Positions 10,884-24,040 of a DNA stretch of 64,000 nt are shown one piece after another (the first letter of the stretch is position 1; each line of letters opens with the position of its first letter). The stretch is from Octopus vulgaris. Taxonomy: Eukaryota. The translations under genes were made by a program, and so were the position numbers. The notes beneath the pieces were generated by a model. That model was given only the letters and a program-made list of their open reading frames with translations. It had not been told where the DNA came from and searched no databases. The stretch lies in NCBI GenBank assembly GCA_951406725.2, contig OX597814.1, forward strand, positions 141,980,001-142,044,000, written 5' to 3'.

Positions 10884-12721
10884 CACATGCACATAAATAC
10901 ATGTGTATATATACATATTCATGAAAATATGTGTGTGCATATATGTAGGTATAAATTGTGTGTAATATTTTATATATATATATATATATAAAACACACCT
11001 TTTATACCTACATATATGCATACATATATATATATATACATACACACACACATACACATACATACACACACACACACACTACACATAATACACATACACA
11101 CACACACAAATACATGTGTATATATACATATTCATGAAAACATATATATATTATATATGTGTGTGCATGTATTTCTATTTATATTCCTATTTGGTTATCC
11201 TCATACATTACACATTGTCGAATGACATCAGTTATGTCAGCAGAGAAGACTTTCACTCTCTCATATAATGAATACGTTCTCCTAATACTTTTGTCATGAA
11301 TAAAACTGTAGTATAACGGATATCTGGTTTGCATGAATAAGAAGCACTGCCTTTAGAGAAGATTTGTAGCAATATTCAAATGGTAACTTTAAACTGTTAA
11401 ATAATACATGGCATACTTAATAAAAGCACTTTAGCAAGACAGGAAACTGAAGTCAGTTACTACAGGTCAGAGAATTATTAAGAGAAATTCTAGTAGACTT
11501 TTGAATTGAATCAAGATCTGTTCGAATTCAACAGAAAAAAAAGGCCTCAGAACATTCTTCGGTTGATTATATAAAAGAGTGAAGAGTTATAGGAATGAAA
11601 ATTATCTCCAAAATACTGACAGTAATTACACTAGAAAACTGTAAGCTAATGAAGGGATTTATATAATTCTTGTTCTTTTATCATTCATTTATTGAAGGTC
11701 TACACTGCAACCCCATCAGCATTTATGTCACTTCTCTACAGCATGAAACCTGTTCAGTCCTACCCCTTTCTCTCACATCACTTTTAAAAATATTTTCAAA
11801 TTTATTGAAATACACAAGCAATGAATTTGATTACAATCAGTGTAATGAATGTGTTAAAGTATCTTTTTTTTTCTGTTTTACTATTTAATTAGGGGTCAAA
11901 TAGTAGCTCTGTGGTTCTTCAGTTTATCAGAGCCTCCAGACTGTCAAAAGCAACCGAAGAAGTTAGCCTCAAACTAGAGTGAAATCTGATAAAGGTACCC
12001 AAGAACCATGTTGCAAGAAATAGGGTTTACCACTTAAGAATTCATCATGCAAAGAGTTGGAATAAATGCTACAAGGCATCTTGTCTAATGCTATGATTGT
12101 TCTGCCAATTGACAGGCTGGGACTGAAAGACAAACTTGACTTTGTCAAAATTTGAATTCACTATGCAAAAAGCTGTCTTTACATATTGAAGACATTTTGT
12201 CCTGTACCATACTAAAACTGCCAAATCATTGCCTTATAATAGTCATTTAGATAACAATAGATAAATAACAGTTGCTTAAATTAAGATACATTTTTAATTA
12301 TATGTTTAGACAGAAGTAAATTTAAAACATACACATATAATCCAAATACAAGGGTACTTAAACTTAAGTTGGTAACTGATTCCAAGACATGCAACTTAAT
12401 AAAAAAAAAAGAAATGATGTAACATGAAAAATCCTTTTTAAAAATGTATTAGTTTATATCTTTTCTAACAGATGGTTTGAATATATTTTCACATCTATTC
12501 TAGTTGATTTTCCACTTCAGTATTGCTTTTCAGGTGTTTTGTTTTTTTCAAACTTTTATGCTTTTAAATATATGAGACTGACATAAATTTGAAAAAGACA
12601 TAATTCAAAATGACATAAGTTTAGGCATGCCTGTACATCATAAAGCATAATGCATCACATATGTGCATGTATGTATGTATTTATATATGCATCTCTCTCT
12701 TCACACACACAAAACACACAC

Positions 12722-12770
<49 letters not shown>

Positions 12771-12773
<3 letters not shown>

Positions 12774-13648
12774 GGTGCGGTGAATATATTGTTGTCTAAA
12801 TTACGCAAAAATAAAAATAGCACTGACATCTCATTTTAACAGATATATTCACCAAAATTACATAAAAATATCTTGAAATACTAAAGAGTAAATTTATTCA
12901 ATAGAATTGCATTGGCTTCAACCATGGCCTCCAGACATCTACGGAATCTCCTGCAATTCTTTTGGATGGTCTTCTTGTTTAAGTTGGAGCCATAATCCTT
13001 GCCTTCATCTCATTTTTGGTGTTACAAAGTGTTTTGTTGGTCTCTCACTCAACTGCACACCACACATTTTCAGGGGTTTTGCTGTCAGGGGAGTTAGGTG
13101 GCCAGATGTTAGGGGTGGTGTGATCACGGAAATTGTCTGACAGTCATGACTGGGTTCTCCTGCTTGTGTGGCATGGTGCAGAGTCCTGTTGCCAGATATA
13201 GGGTCTTCCAGCAGCCACCCTTTTGACCCAGGGCAGCACTACCTCCTCCAGGCACTTGATGTAGACCACCGTGCTGAGTCTGAGGCAGTGTGGGAAGAAT
13301 AATGGAGGCATAACATTGCCATCACTAGTGATCATTCTAAATACCATGACGTTGACTGGATGTTTGGTTTTTATCACCCTTGGTACATGTTTTGGGGACA
13401 TGGCAAGCCAACAGTTATTCTGTGTGTTCACCATCTGTTCATATTGGCGCTTCTGACACAAATACCAAGCAGTACAGCATGTCGATTCCAAATTTCTGGC
13501 AAGGTGAATTGTGTCATGGTGCTGTTTTTCTCACAGACAGTGCCCAACTGGCCCTACTATACTGTGTAGTCAACAAAATCAAAAACAAATAATGCACATG
13601 GGAAAAATTAAAAATACAAAATGGTGACAATTTAACCATCACACCCTG
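12771..13648 (-). mobile_element. Internally deleted Tc1/mariner element, maT (DD37D)-like transposase remnant
   Basis: ORF 13144..13491 KTKHPVNVMVF...YIKCLEEVVLPW...YIWQQDSAPCHTSRRTQS continues past a stop as NIWPPNSPD; degenerate TIRs AGGGTG...CACCCTG next to TA runs. Confidence 0.88.
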
Positions 13649-13657
13649 TGTATATAT

Positions 13658-13965
13658 GTTGTTGCTGTTTGTTCGTTCTCGAGCCAAGCCTGGCTCATAA
13701 GGGCTGGTTTCTCGGTTTCATTGGCATATAGGTTCCCCACCGGAACAGAATGCCAGTCTGTCGCAGGTTAGCTGGTAGATGCAGGAGGAAAAACTGAGAG
13801 AAAGTTGTGGCAAAAGAGTCAGCAGAGGTTTGCCATTGCCTCCTGGCAGAGCCATGTGGTGCTTAGTTGTTTCACTCACGAGCACACACATCACCCAGTC
13901 TAAGATTCAAACCTGTGATCCCTCGGTCACAAGTCCACTGCTCTAACCACTAGGCCATGTGTCTT
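13658..13965 (-). mobile_element. tRNA-derived SINE, family C2
   Basis: Reverse-complement homolog of 56213..56520 with an (AAC)n tail. Confidence 0.85.
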
Positions 13966-13996
13966 CATATATATATATATAAATATACCATCAACA

Positions 13997-14315
13997 CCAT
14001 CATCATCATCGTTGTTTAACGGCTGCTTTCCATGCTGGCATGGGTTTGATGGTTTGACTGAGGACTGGCAAGCCAGAAGGCTGAACCAAGCTCCAATCTG
14101 TTCTGGCAAAGTTTCTACAGCTTGACGCCTTCCTAATGCCAACCACTCTAAGAGTGTAGTGGGTGCTTTTTACATTCCACCAGCACAAGGGCCAGTCAGG
14201 TGGTACTGGCATCAACCATACTTGAATGGTGCTTCTTTATATGCTACCTGCACGGAGCCAGTCAGGTGGCACTGGCAACGACCACACTCATATGGTGATT
14301 TTTATATGCCACCAG
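13997..14315 (-). mobile_element. Family D retroposon
   Basis: (CAT)n-GTTTAACGG..TTTCCATGCTGGCATGGGTT...GCCTTCCTAATGCCAACCACTC plus internal repeat units. Confidence 0.85.
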
Positions 14316-14613
14316 CATATATATATATGTATATTATATTATATATACAAGAAGAATTCAAGTGGGGTTCCAAACTCAGAACAGCTGTTTTAAAAGCACA
14401 AATGGCATTCTTCTACAGTAGTGCTGCAGTATATACTGGATTTGGCAACCATGTATATATGTATATGTCTATGTGTATATTTATATATAGATAGATGTGT
14501 GTGTGTGTACATACAATATGCTACCAACAAATGATAACTAAGAGTTGCTTTAAAGCACTGAGTCATTCCTGATCCTACATGTTGATATACCTAAATTCTA
14601 ATGAATCATGTAA

Positions 14614-14657
<44 letters not shown>

Positions 14658-14658
<1 letters not shown>

Positions 14659-15005
14659 TCATTTACTCTTTTACTTGTTTCAGTCATTTGACTGTGGCCA
14701 TGCTGGGGCACCGCCTTTAGTCAAGCAAATAGACTGCAGGACTTATTCTTTGTAAGCCTAGTATTTATTCCATTGGTTTCTTTTGCCAAACGGCTAAGTT
14801 ACGGGGACAAACACAGACACACACACATACATATATACATGCATACGATGAGCTTCTTTCAGTTTCCGTCTACAAAATCCACTCACAAGGCTTTGGTCAG
14901 CCCGAGGCTATAGTAGAAGACACTTGCCCAAGGTGCCATGTAGTGGGACTGAACCCGGAACCATGTGGTTGATAAGCAAGCTACTTACCACACAGCCACT
15001 CCTAT
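14658..15005 (-). mobile_element. SINE family A
   Basis: Reverse complement of family A from tail to A box. Confidence 0.9.
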
Positions 15006-17229
15006 GCATATATATATATATCCCTCCACAATCTATCAGTATAATAAACTCAGTGATGAGCTTCCAGTTTCTAATGTCTGAAGCAGTTAACAAAACCTCC
15101 TGGATACAAGATTAGTCTATTGCAGACAACTTTCCTAGACTGCCTTATATCTATTCTACAAGTAAGGCATACATAAGAAACTAGAATTAAGCAATTTGAC
15201 CTGAAATGATAAAAAGACTTGCAGAAGAAGAGGGACCCAAGAAATGGTCAATCACTTGTTTGTTCATCTGACATTTTAGAAAATAAGAGGGTGGAAATCA
15301 CACCCTAGCTGCTTAAAGAATGATGCATTAGGGAATGAAGTCTCTGATTTAAAAAAAACAAAACACATGACTGGAATCCCTTTGGTCATTGGGCCAACAA
15401 TTTTGTGGGTAAGTGGGGTTAAGTTGATTTCATCAATCCCAGTATTCAACTGTAACTTATTTTATCAGTCCTGAAGGGATGAAAAGTAAAGATGATCTCG
15501 GCAGAATTTGAACTTAGAATGTAAGGCTGGATGAAATATCGCTAAGCATTTTGCCCAGCATGCTAACGATTCTGCCAGCTTGCTGCCTTATTTAGAACAT
15601 GAATTAAATTGAAATTTTGATGGAAGGTTCTTAATTTGGATCAGTTTCATAGAAGTTTGTATCAAAGGATCAGGGTGGTTTCAGGTACAATGGTATCAAA
15701 AGGGTTAAACTATATTTCACCAATTTTCTCACAACAATAATAAGAAACTTAGACTGTATTTCAGCAATCTGCAGTCAAGAATATGTTCACAATAACCATT
15801 TGGGGAATGCTAAAAATAACAGGCCACCATCCTTTCTTGTAACTCAATAGAAACATTTATTAATTAAGAACGAATATAGATAAAAGCTCTCTCAGTAATT
15901 AATATTTGTACTGGTTCAAATTGCATCCAATTATCAAATAAAAGTTAATCAGTTTATAAGCAAATTTTAATTAAAATTCTATCACTTGGAACACTTATGG
16001 TGAACGAGTGTGTATGTGTATGTATGTATGTATGTATGTGTCTGTAAAGGCAACAACAAGCCTGTTTCCTAGTTATTTTCAATCAACAGACATTCTTTGG
16101 TAAGTGCTACAGAAGGATTTAAGTAAATTCTTGGTGACCCAAGTTTTCAAACCAAATGTGATTATTTCTAATTGTTTCAACCCCTAACCTCTTTGTGAAA
16201 GGCATTAGTGTCACCATTCCTTATTCTGTTATTCTCTCTTGTAAGTATGATGCCTGAAGCCTAATTAACTAGTCAGTTAATAAAAGTTCTCTAAATTAAA
16301 TTGGAAACAAGAATTGATTTTAATGTTGTTGCTTAATTCCAGATTTGACTTAAATGAACAGACATATGATTAAAGTTATTCCCCCCCCCACTTTAGCTGT
16401 CCTATGTATCTCGTGATAAGCAAGACATATTTCCTTGGCCTCCCATGCCTCATATATGATAGACATTTCCAATTAAGTTTCAACTAGCAGTGTAAACTGG
16501 GACTTATAAAAGGAAAGCTTTACTCAGAATGTTTGAGACAAAGTCTGTTTAAAAGTCTGAAAACAAGCATGGGTATTTAGAACAAACTTATGAAAATGTT
16601 TAGAACAGGCAAATGGTTAACCATAACTATTTCATCTGTTAGTATATCAGGAACTATATTTTTAAATTTGATTTTCCTTGAAGTTGATAGAGTGTGATTT
16701 GAAGGATATTTGGCTGCTATTTCTAGATGGTCCAGTAACCACATTGAGACCTCTGCCTCCATTTGTAATGAGGTTATATAATGGCTATTGTCTTTAAGAG
16801 ACTTCATATTTAACATCATATTACATAAGAAATTTATTTGCAATAAGATATAAATAAATACACACACAAAAAAAAATGTTCAAAAACCATAAGCAGAAGA
16901 AAGATTTGTGATTAAAACATTGCAAAAGCCAGTATGATGTAAACAGGTGTGTGCTGAGAATAATGGTAAAGTTTACTATAGAAGGAGAATGGAATGGTGA
17001 TGGTAAGATCTGATGCAGTAGGACAGATACAGTTTTATATAATGTAAAGCTAAATCCTGGATGTGGAGTTAGCACATATATAATTTCTTAAGGACCTTGG
17101 GTAAGCTTTTGGCACTTTAAGCAGCAAGAGTGATGGTAAATACTCTCAAAAATACGAAAGTGAGTTTGTTGGTGAACAAATTTTGAGGGCTTAAAGATAA
17201 AGATAATTTATATTAGAAGTCAGAAAAAT

Positions 17230-17615
17230 GTTTTACAGATCATGATAGGAATCAGTTGAAGAATTGGATAATAAGCAAGAGAAAAGGAAAGATGTACAAA
17301 TGGCATTTAAATATAACTAAGAGGTGATCAGCAGTTACAGTTGAGAATACCTGCTCCAATAGAAGGAGATAATCTGCAGTTAAAGATGAAAAAATCTGCT
17401 TTAACAGATGAGATGGCCTGCAGCTTTGCATTAGGTGATCTAGAGTCATACAACAACAACTTGCCATAACAGATGAAATGATCTAGTTTCAGATTAGATG
17501 ACCTGCAGCTGTAGATGAAATTATCTGTGGTTACAGATAAGATAACCTGTAGTAGTAGAAGAAATGACCTGCATTTACTGACCAACTACTACAGAGTAAA
17601 TGACCAGCAGTTACA
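17230..17615. repeat. Highly degenerate 22-bp minisatellite (consensus about TGACCTGCAGTTACAGATGAAA)
   Basis: Units such as taatctgcagttaaagatgaaa, tgacctgcagctgtagatgaaa, ttatctgtggttacagataaga and taacctgtagtagtagaagaaa occur in register. Confidence 0.7.
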
Positions 17616-18629
17616 TCATCATCGTTTAACGTCCGCTTTCCATGCTAGCATGGGTTGGACGATTTTGACTGAGAACTGGCGAACCAGATGGCTGCACCAG
17701 GCCCCAGTCTTGATTTGGCAGAGTTTCTACAGCTGGACGCCAACCACTCCAAGAGTGTAGTGGGTGCTTTTTACGTGCGAGAAGATCTGTTGTAGCAAAT
17801 GGTATGTCCTGCATTTACTGTCCCACTTTTATTGAGAAGATGAGCAACTGAAGCTGTAACATGGACTGTGACTGTGTGTAGTAGAGATGTCACAATTTAA
17901 CAGGTAAGGGGAAATCAGAGTGAAAAATAAGGTGAGAATATACAGGGAATTAAATAAATAACTGGACAAAATGACAAGTTGTTATAGATGCTATTTTCAG
18001 ATGCTATCTTCAGAAAGATGAAAAGTAATAGATGCTCTCAAGATAATTGTACAACTGAAATTAGCAGTTTTAGCCAATGCTCTTATACTGAACAGTTGTT
18101 ATAGGTGCTATACAGATGCTATGTTACATCAGAAGCTATCAAGGTGATTGGCAGCAATTGCAGCACCAATAGCCAGGAAACAAAAATTTTTTTATAACAT
18201 TTGAAATTAGTGCATATTATCTTGAAGTGCAGCAAAGGTGAACAAGTTGCAGTGTAAGCAACAAGAGGGATAGATCTTTGATATGTAATTCTATGAAGGC
18301 CTGAAAGATAGCCTTTGCAGTTATTGCTAAAATGTGTATGAGAGACATAAGGCTGAGAGAGGAGCACACACACGATATGCATACATACATACAGTCTCAC
18401 CTTGAAACGTTTATATCTCAGTTCATTTGTTATCTTCAACATCCTCTTTCTGTACTTGCTGCTTGTCTACAAAATCAGATGTGACAAGCTATATGCACTC
18501 TCTATATGCTGCATGTTTTAAAACTAAATGTTACATCATATAAAGGTATGTTTCTATAACTATTTAAAGTATGATATATATGTTTTTAGGTAGTTATTAA
18601 AATATGTTATAAACTTATATATATATATA

Positions 18630-19016
18630 CTAGCAGTATCGCCCGGTGTTGCTCAGGTTTGTTTCGACCCTTTAGAATTGGAATTTTTAAAAAGTAAAAA
18701 TTTTGCATTATGTAGCTTGTTATTCTCTTTAAGTGAACATTTTTCTGGTTGAAATACACCGAAAAATGGCGACACAGCAGTAAAAAAATCGTAAAAAATA
18801 GGGATTTTCATAGAAAAAAAGCACCATTTTGATGTAAATAATTTTTGGTGTTAACATGGTCCGATTTGAATTTTTTCTTCTTTGGAAGGAAGAGTAAGCC
18901 TTCTATCATACTCTCAATTTTGGTTAACTAGCTCCGCAGGGTCTCAGAGGAGATAGTGTTAGTTGAAGGCTACCAAACCTGCCATACACAGACAACTTCA
19001 CCTTTATATATATAGA
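18630..19016 (-). mobile_element. Non-autonomous Helitron
   Basis: Minus strand starts TCTATATATATAAA and ends with a GC-rich hairpin (cctgagcaacaccggg) followed by atactgCTAG-T; no TSD. Confidence 0.78.
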
Positions 19017-19369
19017 GAGATTTGTGTGTATATATATATATATATGTGAAGGCACAAGGGCAAGGTTAGGGTGTTGTATTCACAATTGCAAGATTGTGGT
19101 TTCACTTTCTGGACTGAATGGTGTGTTGTGTTCTTGAGCAAAACTCTTCACCTCTTGTTCAGCAATCACTTTGACACCTGATGCGTAGTACACTGTGCAC
19201 CTGTTCAGCTGATGCCAGTCTGATGGACTGAATGAGCTAATGTCCACACAAACATTCGATCATTATATACAAATTATTTGTACAGGCTGTTTGGCAAGAA
19301 CTTGCAGACCCATCTTTCTCAGACTCCAAGAGACTACCGTTTTATACACATACGAAGGACTCTCCTGTC

Positions 19370-19985
19370 GGTTTCAGTGTATGAGGATCTGACAACTTAC
19401 ACTTTCTTTGTCACTCATAATGCTTATATTTTTGAATGTGACATTTGAATCATACCAATGATTTGCAAAGCTCACGGATGTTGCAAATATGAGGATTATG
19501 GGTCAGTGCAGGCAGTATATTTGCAGTCGCTTTTCTCCTTTGCCTTGCACACCTAAGCCTGTTAATGCTGGTTGAAAGAAAATCTCTTACACCATCTTAA
19601 CATGATGATCTTCTTTCTGTTCACATCAAGGCTGTTTGCTCAAAGATGTTGTGAGCTATGTTGACTGCTGAGAGGTTACTCTTCAGCTTGTCCTTGGTTG
19701 ACCAACATTCCTGTGCCCATTATCAAGCTAGCTATACACGAGGATTTGGGTATTCTTTTGTCACTCATTCTGATGACATGATCAGCCCAGTGTAATTGCA
19801 ACTGTATATGAAAGCTTTCGATTCCACCAATCTTACAGTTGTTAAATAGGTCGACATTAGATACTATCTTTTAGAGTATAACTGCAGATTGTCCTGAGAC
19901 AACTTTTGTAGAAGACATCTAGTTGGTTAATGTGCCACCTATATGGTATCCATGATTCCAAGCCATATAAGAAAACAGTAAGTTG

Positions 19986-19990
<5 letters not shown>
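19370..19990 (-). mobile_element. RTE LINE 3' fragment, decayed
   Basis: LYGLESWIPYRWHINQLDVFYKSCLRTI and QLHWADHVIRMSDKRIPK are typical RTE C-terminal motifs. Confidence 0.85.
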
Positions 19991-20036
<46 letters not shown>

Positions 20037-20414
20037 GTATATTGAAAAGGTTAAGAGGTTTCCCATAAGTAAATTTATATTAAAAAACAAAAAGAAGAAA
20101 ATGCTTTGAGAACTTTATCTTGGATAAGAAAAGAATATATTTACATTTCTATCAAAATATGCATCTTGCATGTGTGTGGGTGTACATACAAATACATACT
20201 GTTGATGTCTTAATTATATAACTGAGTTGATTTCAGTATGTTATTAGTTTTATCAACTTAATTTTATCAACTTCCAGCAAGACAAAGAGCAATGTTGAAC
20301 CAGATGCAAGTTGAACTCAGATTCGTATGATAGCGAAAAAGCATAACATTTACAGGGGACAGTGGACCCTGAAATAGCTGTACCTCACAACGTTGTCTTT
20401 TGTTAGCTACTTAC

Positions 20415-20481
20415 CTTGAAGAATATTTTGTTCTTGTTCATTTAGTAATTTCAGTTCCCGTTTTTTCTCTCTGAGAATATT
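20415..20481 (-). CDS. GRASP: GRASP-like exon, coiled coil (NILREKKRELKLLNEQEQNILQ-G)
   Basis: tttttgcag| ... CAAG|gtaagt, 67 nt, phase 0 to 1; resembles the tamalin/CYTIP leucine-zipper segment as I recall it (QTL.EKW.E.RSL..QEQRL). Confidence 0.9.
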
Positions 20482-20873
20482 CTGCAAAAATCAATGTAAA
20501 AATAATAAAACTGATAATCAAACCCCTTTTTAGTTTTTGATAAATATTTAAATTTGTAGACATAATTAACCCATAATTTATCATTTAAAATGACTAAAAA
20601 AAATGTAATCTGTTTTGATTTGAAATAAAAGGGTCATAGCAACAATGGTTAAGCCAAGATTTGAACTTGAGAATTGTTACGAGACAGAAAGGGAGCACAT
20701 TAAAAAAAAAATCTAAACTTGAAGGAAAATGAACATGTAAACAAATATACATAAGTAAATAGAAAAAATTACTTGCTCCAGCATAGTCTTAGTTAAATGA
20801 CTGAGAAGAAAGAAAAAAGTAAAAGTTTGGAAATGAAAAGAAGCAGACACTTCTTCATCTGGTAATTTCATAC

Positions 20874-20940
20874 CTTTAGTTTGATATAGCGGTCATGTAA
20901 TTCTACTTTCCTGCAACAATCTTCAAAAAGGACAACCAAC
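20874..20940 (-). CDS. GRASP: GRASP-like exon, PDZ end/coiled-coil start (R-LVVLFEDCCRKVELHDRYIKLK)
   Basis: ttttaatcag| ... AAG|gtatga, 67 nt, phase 2 to 0; resembles RKAELEARLQYLK of tamalin (recalled). Confidence 0.92.
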
Positions 20941-21127
20941 CTGATTAAAAAAAAACGGGAAAATGCATTGATAAAATATGGTAAAATTCAGAATTTAAGA
21001 TTATAAATAATAGTTACATGGTTAAGAAGGTCGTTCAGAACCACATGGTTTAAAGAGTCTTCAAACTATAGCCTCAGAATCACCAATGCTTTGTAAATGT
21101 AATTAGTAGACAGAAACCCTAAGAAAC

Positions 21128-21167
<40 letters not shown>

Positions 21168-21169
<2 letters not shown>

Positions 21170-22340
21170 AATTGAGATAGGGGTTGTAAATGCAACCCTC
21201 CATGGGATAACATATATCCAATATACTGCTAGTGAAGTACCCAACAAAGTTGAAACAGCTGTAAGATGTAATCTATACTTATATTTATATTTACTTATAT
21301 TTATATTCTCTTTTATATATATTCTACTTATTATACAACATTACTCTTTTATGTACACTTTTTTATGTACATTCCTTTCTGTACACTGATTTGTTCTGCT
21401 TTTTTATGTTTAACCCTACAGTCTCTTATGTGGTGGTTTAATAAAGTATGTGATTGAGTATTATCTGGTAATTGATATTTGATTTAGATGTATTTCTCCC
21501 CCCTCTATTCCCCCCCGACCCCTACTTCTTCAGTCCTTCATCCTTTCACCCCTACTCCCCTTCCCTTCTTCCCTCTTTCTCCCTCCCTCCTTCCCTCTTC
21601 CCCTTCCCTCTGCTCCCCCTCTCCCTCTTTCCTCCTTCCTCCCCCTCTTCCCCTTCCTTCTCCCCCCCATCCTCTCCTCCTCACTACACCACACGACGTT
21701 ACACATCACATATATGATGTGTCATACTAATACATACACCAATTAATACATACTAATACGTACTAATACATACTAATACATACTAATACATACACCAACC
21801 CTATACATACACACGTCCAGACCCCGCATACGCACTTATACTCTCTCATACACACACACACACACTTATACATACTAATACATACTAATACATACTAATA
21901 CATACACCAACCCCATACATACGCACGTCCAGACCAATCCTACGCACTAATACTCTCTCATACACACACACACACACACCCTTATACATACTAATACATA
22001 CACCAACCCTATACATACACACGTCCAGACCCCTCCTACGCACTATTAGCTGGTCCTTCAACCCTATTATCTCCCCTTATTTCGCTCTCGCGTCTCATGT
22101 TTGATCTTTGACCTCTGGCCGAAATCAGATCGCCATGTTGATTCGTTAGCTACTGCACGCATTTTTTTCTCTCCTTCTTTCTGTGTTTTTTTCTCTCTGT
22201 GTATCTTTCTGTTGAAGAGCGTAGGCTCGAAACGTTAAAGACTTGTTTTATTTATATTTCCTGAGCGCCATACTAATACAATTGTTCGTTTGTTTTCCAC
22301 CTGCCTTCGTCTTTTGTCTATTTTCATAAAGCTTCCCGTT
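21168..22340 (+). mobile_element. About 1.2 kb composite element between two (TA)n tracts, ending in the hammerhead module (copy 2 at 22143..22340)
   Basis: Bounded by (TA)n; 5' hairpin GGTTG-taaatg-CAACC, C/T-rich tract 21495-21685, (TAATACATAC)n, about three 110-120 bp repeats at 21780-22050, CpG-rich 3' part. Confidence 0.55.
22204..22241 (+). ncRNA. Minimal type I hammerhead ribozyme-like motif (A6U core variant), copy 2
   Basis: Identical 38-nt sequence to 3469..3506. Confidence 0.65.
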
Positions 22341-23400
22341 TTATATATATATATATACCAGCAAAAGCACCCCCCCCCGTCCAATGGCCATTGCTGAGTT
22401 GTCAAACATTTAAACCAAATTTTCTCAAAACAACTTGTCCATAGGCCTCCCATTTGAGAAACACTGATTTAACCTAAATTTGAGACACCAGCAAAAGAAG
22501 AAATAAAGACAGACTTTTTTTCTATTCCAAAGAAAAATTATTTTATTCCCACAAATATGCAACCGAAGAGTTTAAAGTACCAGTAATGATAAGGCTTATA
22601 TCGAATGTGACATTTGAGCCATACCAATGATTTGCAAAGCTCACAGATGTTGCAAATATGAGGATTATGTGTCCTCATATTGCGCAAATTGGCCTTGCAT
22701 TTTTCTCACGTACACATAATATCGATCGCAATAGCTGATGTACTTGCATGTACAAATGCATGTTCTCACGGCTTTATCGATTGCATTCTCACCTGGAATC
22801 GATTTTTGTAATTTTTTCAAAACTTATACACGCCCTGATACCATCGGTATCTGCATATCAAATTTGAGCACAATCAGATGGAGGATGCCCCCACACACAG
22901 ACAGACAGAACAGATTTTATATAATAGGTAATGTGTGTGTGTGTCTGTATGTGTGTAAAGGGTAAAAACTCCCTTTGGTGGTAAATGACCATGGGATTGC
23001 ACTGTCCAACCCATGCCAGCATGGAAAACAAATGCTACATGATGATGATCCCCTCTGAAGTCTCAAACCCACTAGTGTAGCTGGTGGTGAGGGGACATAG
23101 AGGCGGTCTACCCCGGGTGGCTCTTTTGGATCTGCTGCAGGCAATATGTGTTTTTTGTGGGGTCGGGCAGCAAACAGAAGGGCTGACCCAGGTGGCACAC
23201 ACTCTAGCTACACTAGTGCTCAAACCTATGGAAATAATACACGATTAATTCAAAACAATGTGAATAACTAAGCATCAGTTTTGACAAAGTAATCTGAAAG
23301 GTAAAGGGTTAAATTAGAGGGATAATCCCTCTGCTAGAAATAGATAGAAAAAAAAAAGGAATAAAAAAAACAAAAACTTCCCCTCCAGCTATAGCCTTAC

Positions 23401-23494
23401 CTCATGTAGCGAGCGCAAGATTTGATCTTCTCTACCAGTTGTTGATGTGTTGCTTGCTCAACACTATCGCCATTCACAGATAAGATAACATCAC
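23401..23494 (-). CDS. GRASP: GRASP-like exon, PDZ C-terminal half (G-DVILSVNGDSVEQATHQQLVEKIKSCARYM-R)
   Basis: ttttttccctaatcag| ... AG|gtaagg, 94 nt, phase 1 to 2; GDxIxxVNG and helix-B His are canonical PDZ features. Confidence 0.95.
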
Positions 23495-23609
23495 CTGATT
23501 AGGGAAAAAACAAACGAAAAACAAATTAAAATGTGATGACATCATGCTTAATGACTTATTCAGCAGGTTAATTAGTTGAAAAACAAATAAACAAAAAAAA
23601 AAGAGTAAT

Positions 23610-24040
23610 AGAAGTAGCAGTGGTGGTGGTGGTGAAAGTGGTTGTAGTAGTAGCAATGGTAGTGCTGGTACTGAAAGAGATAGTAGTCATAGTAGCAGCA
23701 GCAGTAGTAGTAGTAGTAGTTACAGTAATGGTGGTGGTGCTGCTGAAAGAGGTAGTGGTCATAGTAGTAGTAGTAGTAGCAATGGTGGTGGTGATGGTGC
23801 TGAAAGAGGTAGTGGTAGTAGTAGTAACAGCAATGGTTGTGGTGCTGCTGAAAGAGGTAGTGGTGGTAGTAGTAGTAGTAGTAGTAGCAATGGTGATGAT
23901 GAATGTGCTAGTAGTAGTAGTTGTAATAGTGGTGGTGGTGGTGGTTCTGATGAAAGTACTAGTAGTAGTAATAGCAATGGTGGTGGTGATAGGGACAGTA
24001 CCAGTAGTTGTAGTGGTGGCGATGATAGTAGTAGTAGTTG
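23610..24040. repeat. (GTA)n/(GTG)n triplet array with higher-order unit GCAATGGTGGTGGTGCTGCTGAAAGAGGTAGT
   Basis: Direct reading; the TGAAAG anchor recurs about six times at in-frame spacing. Confidence 0.9.
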
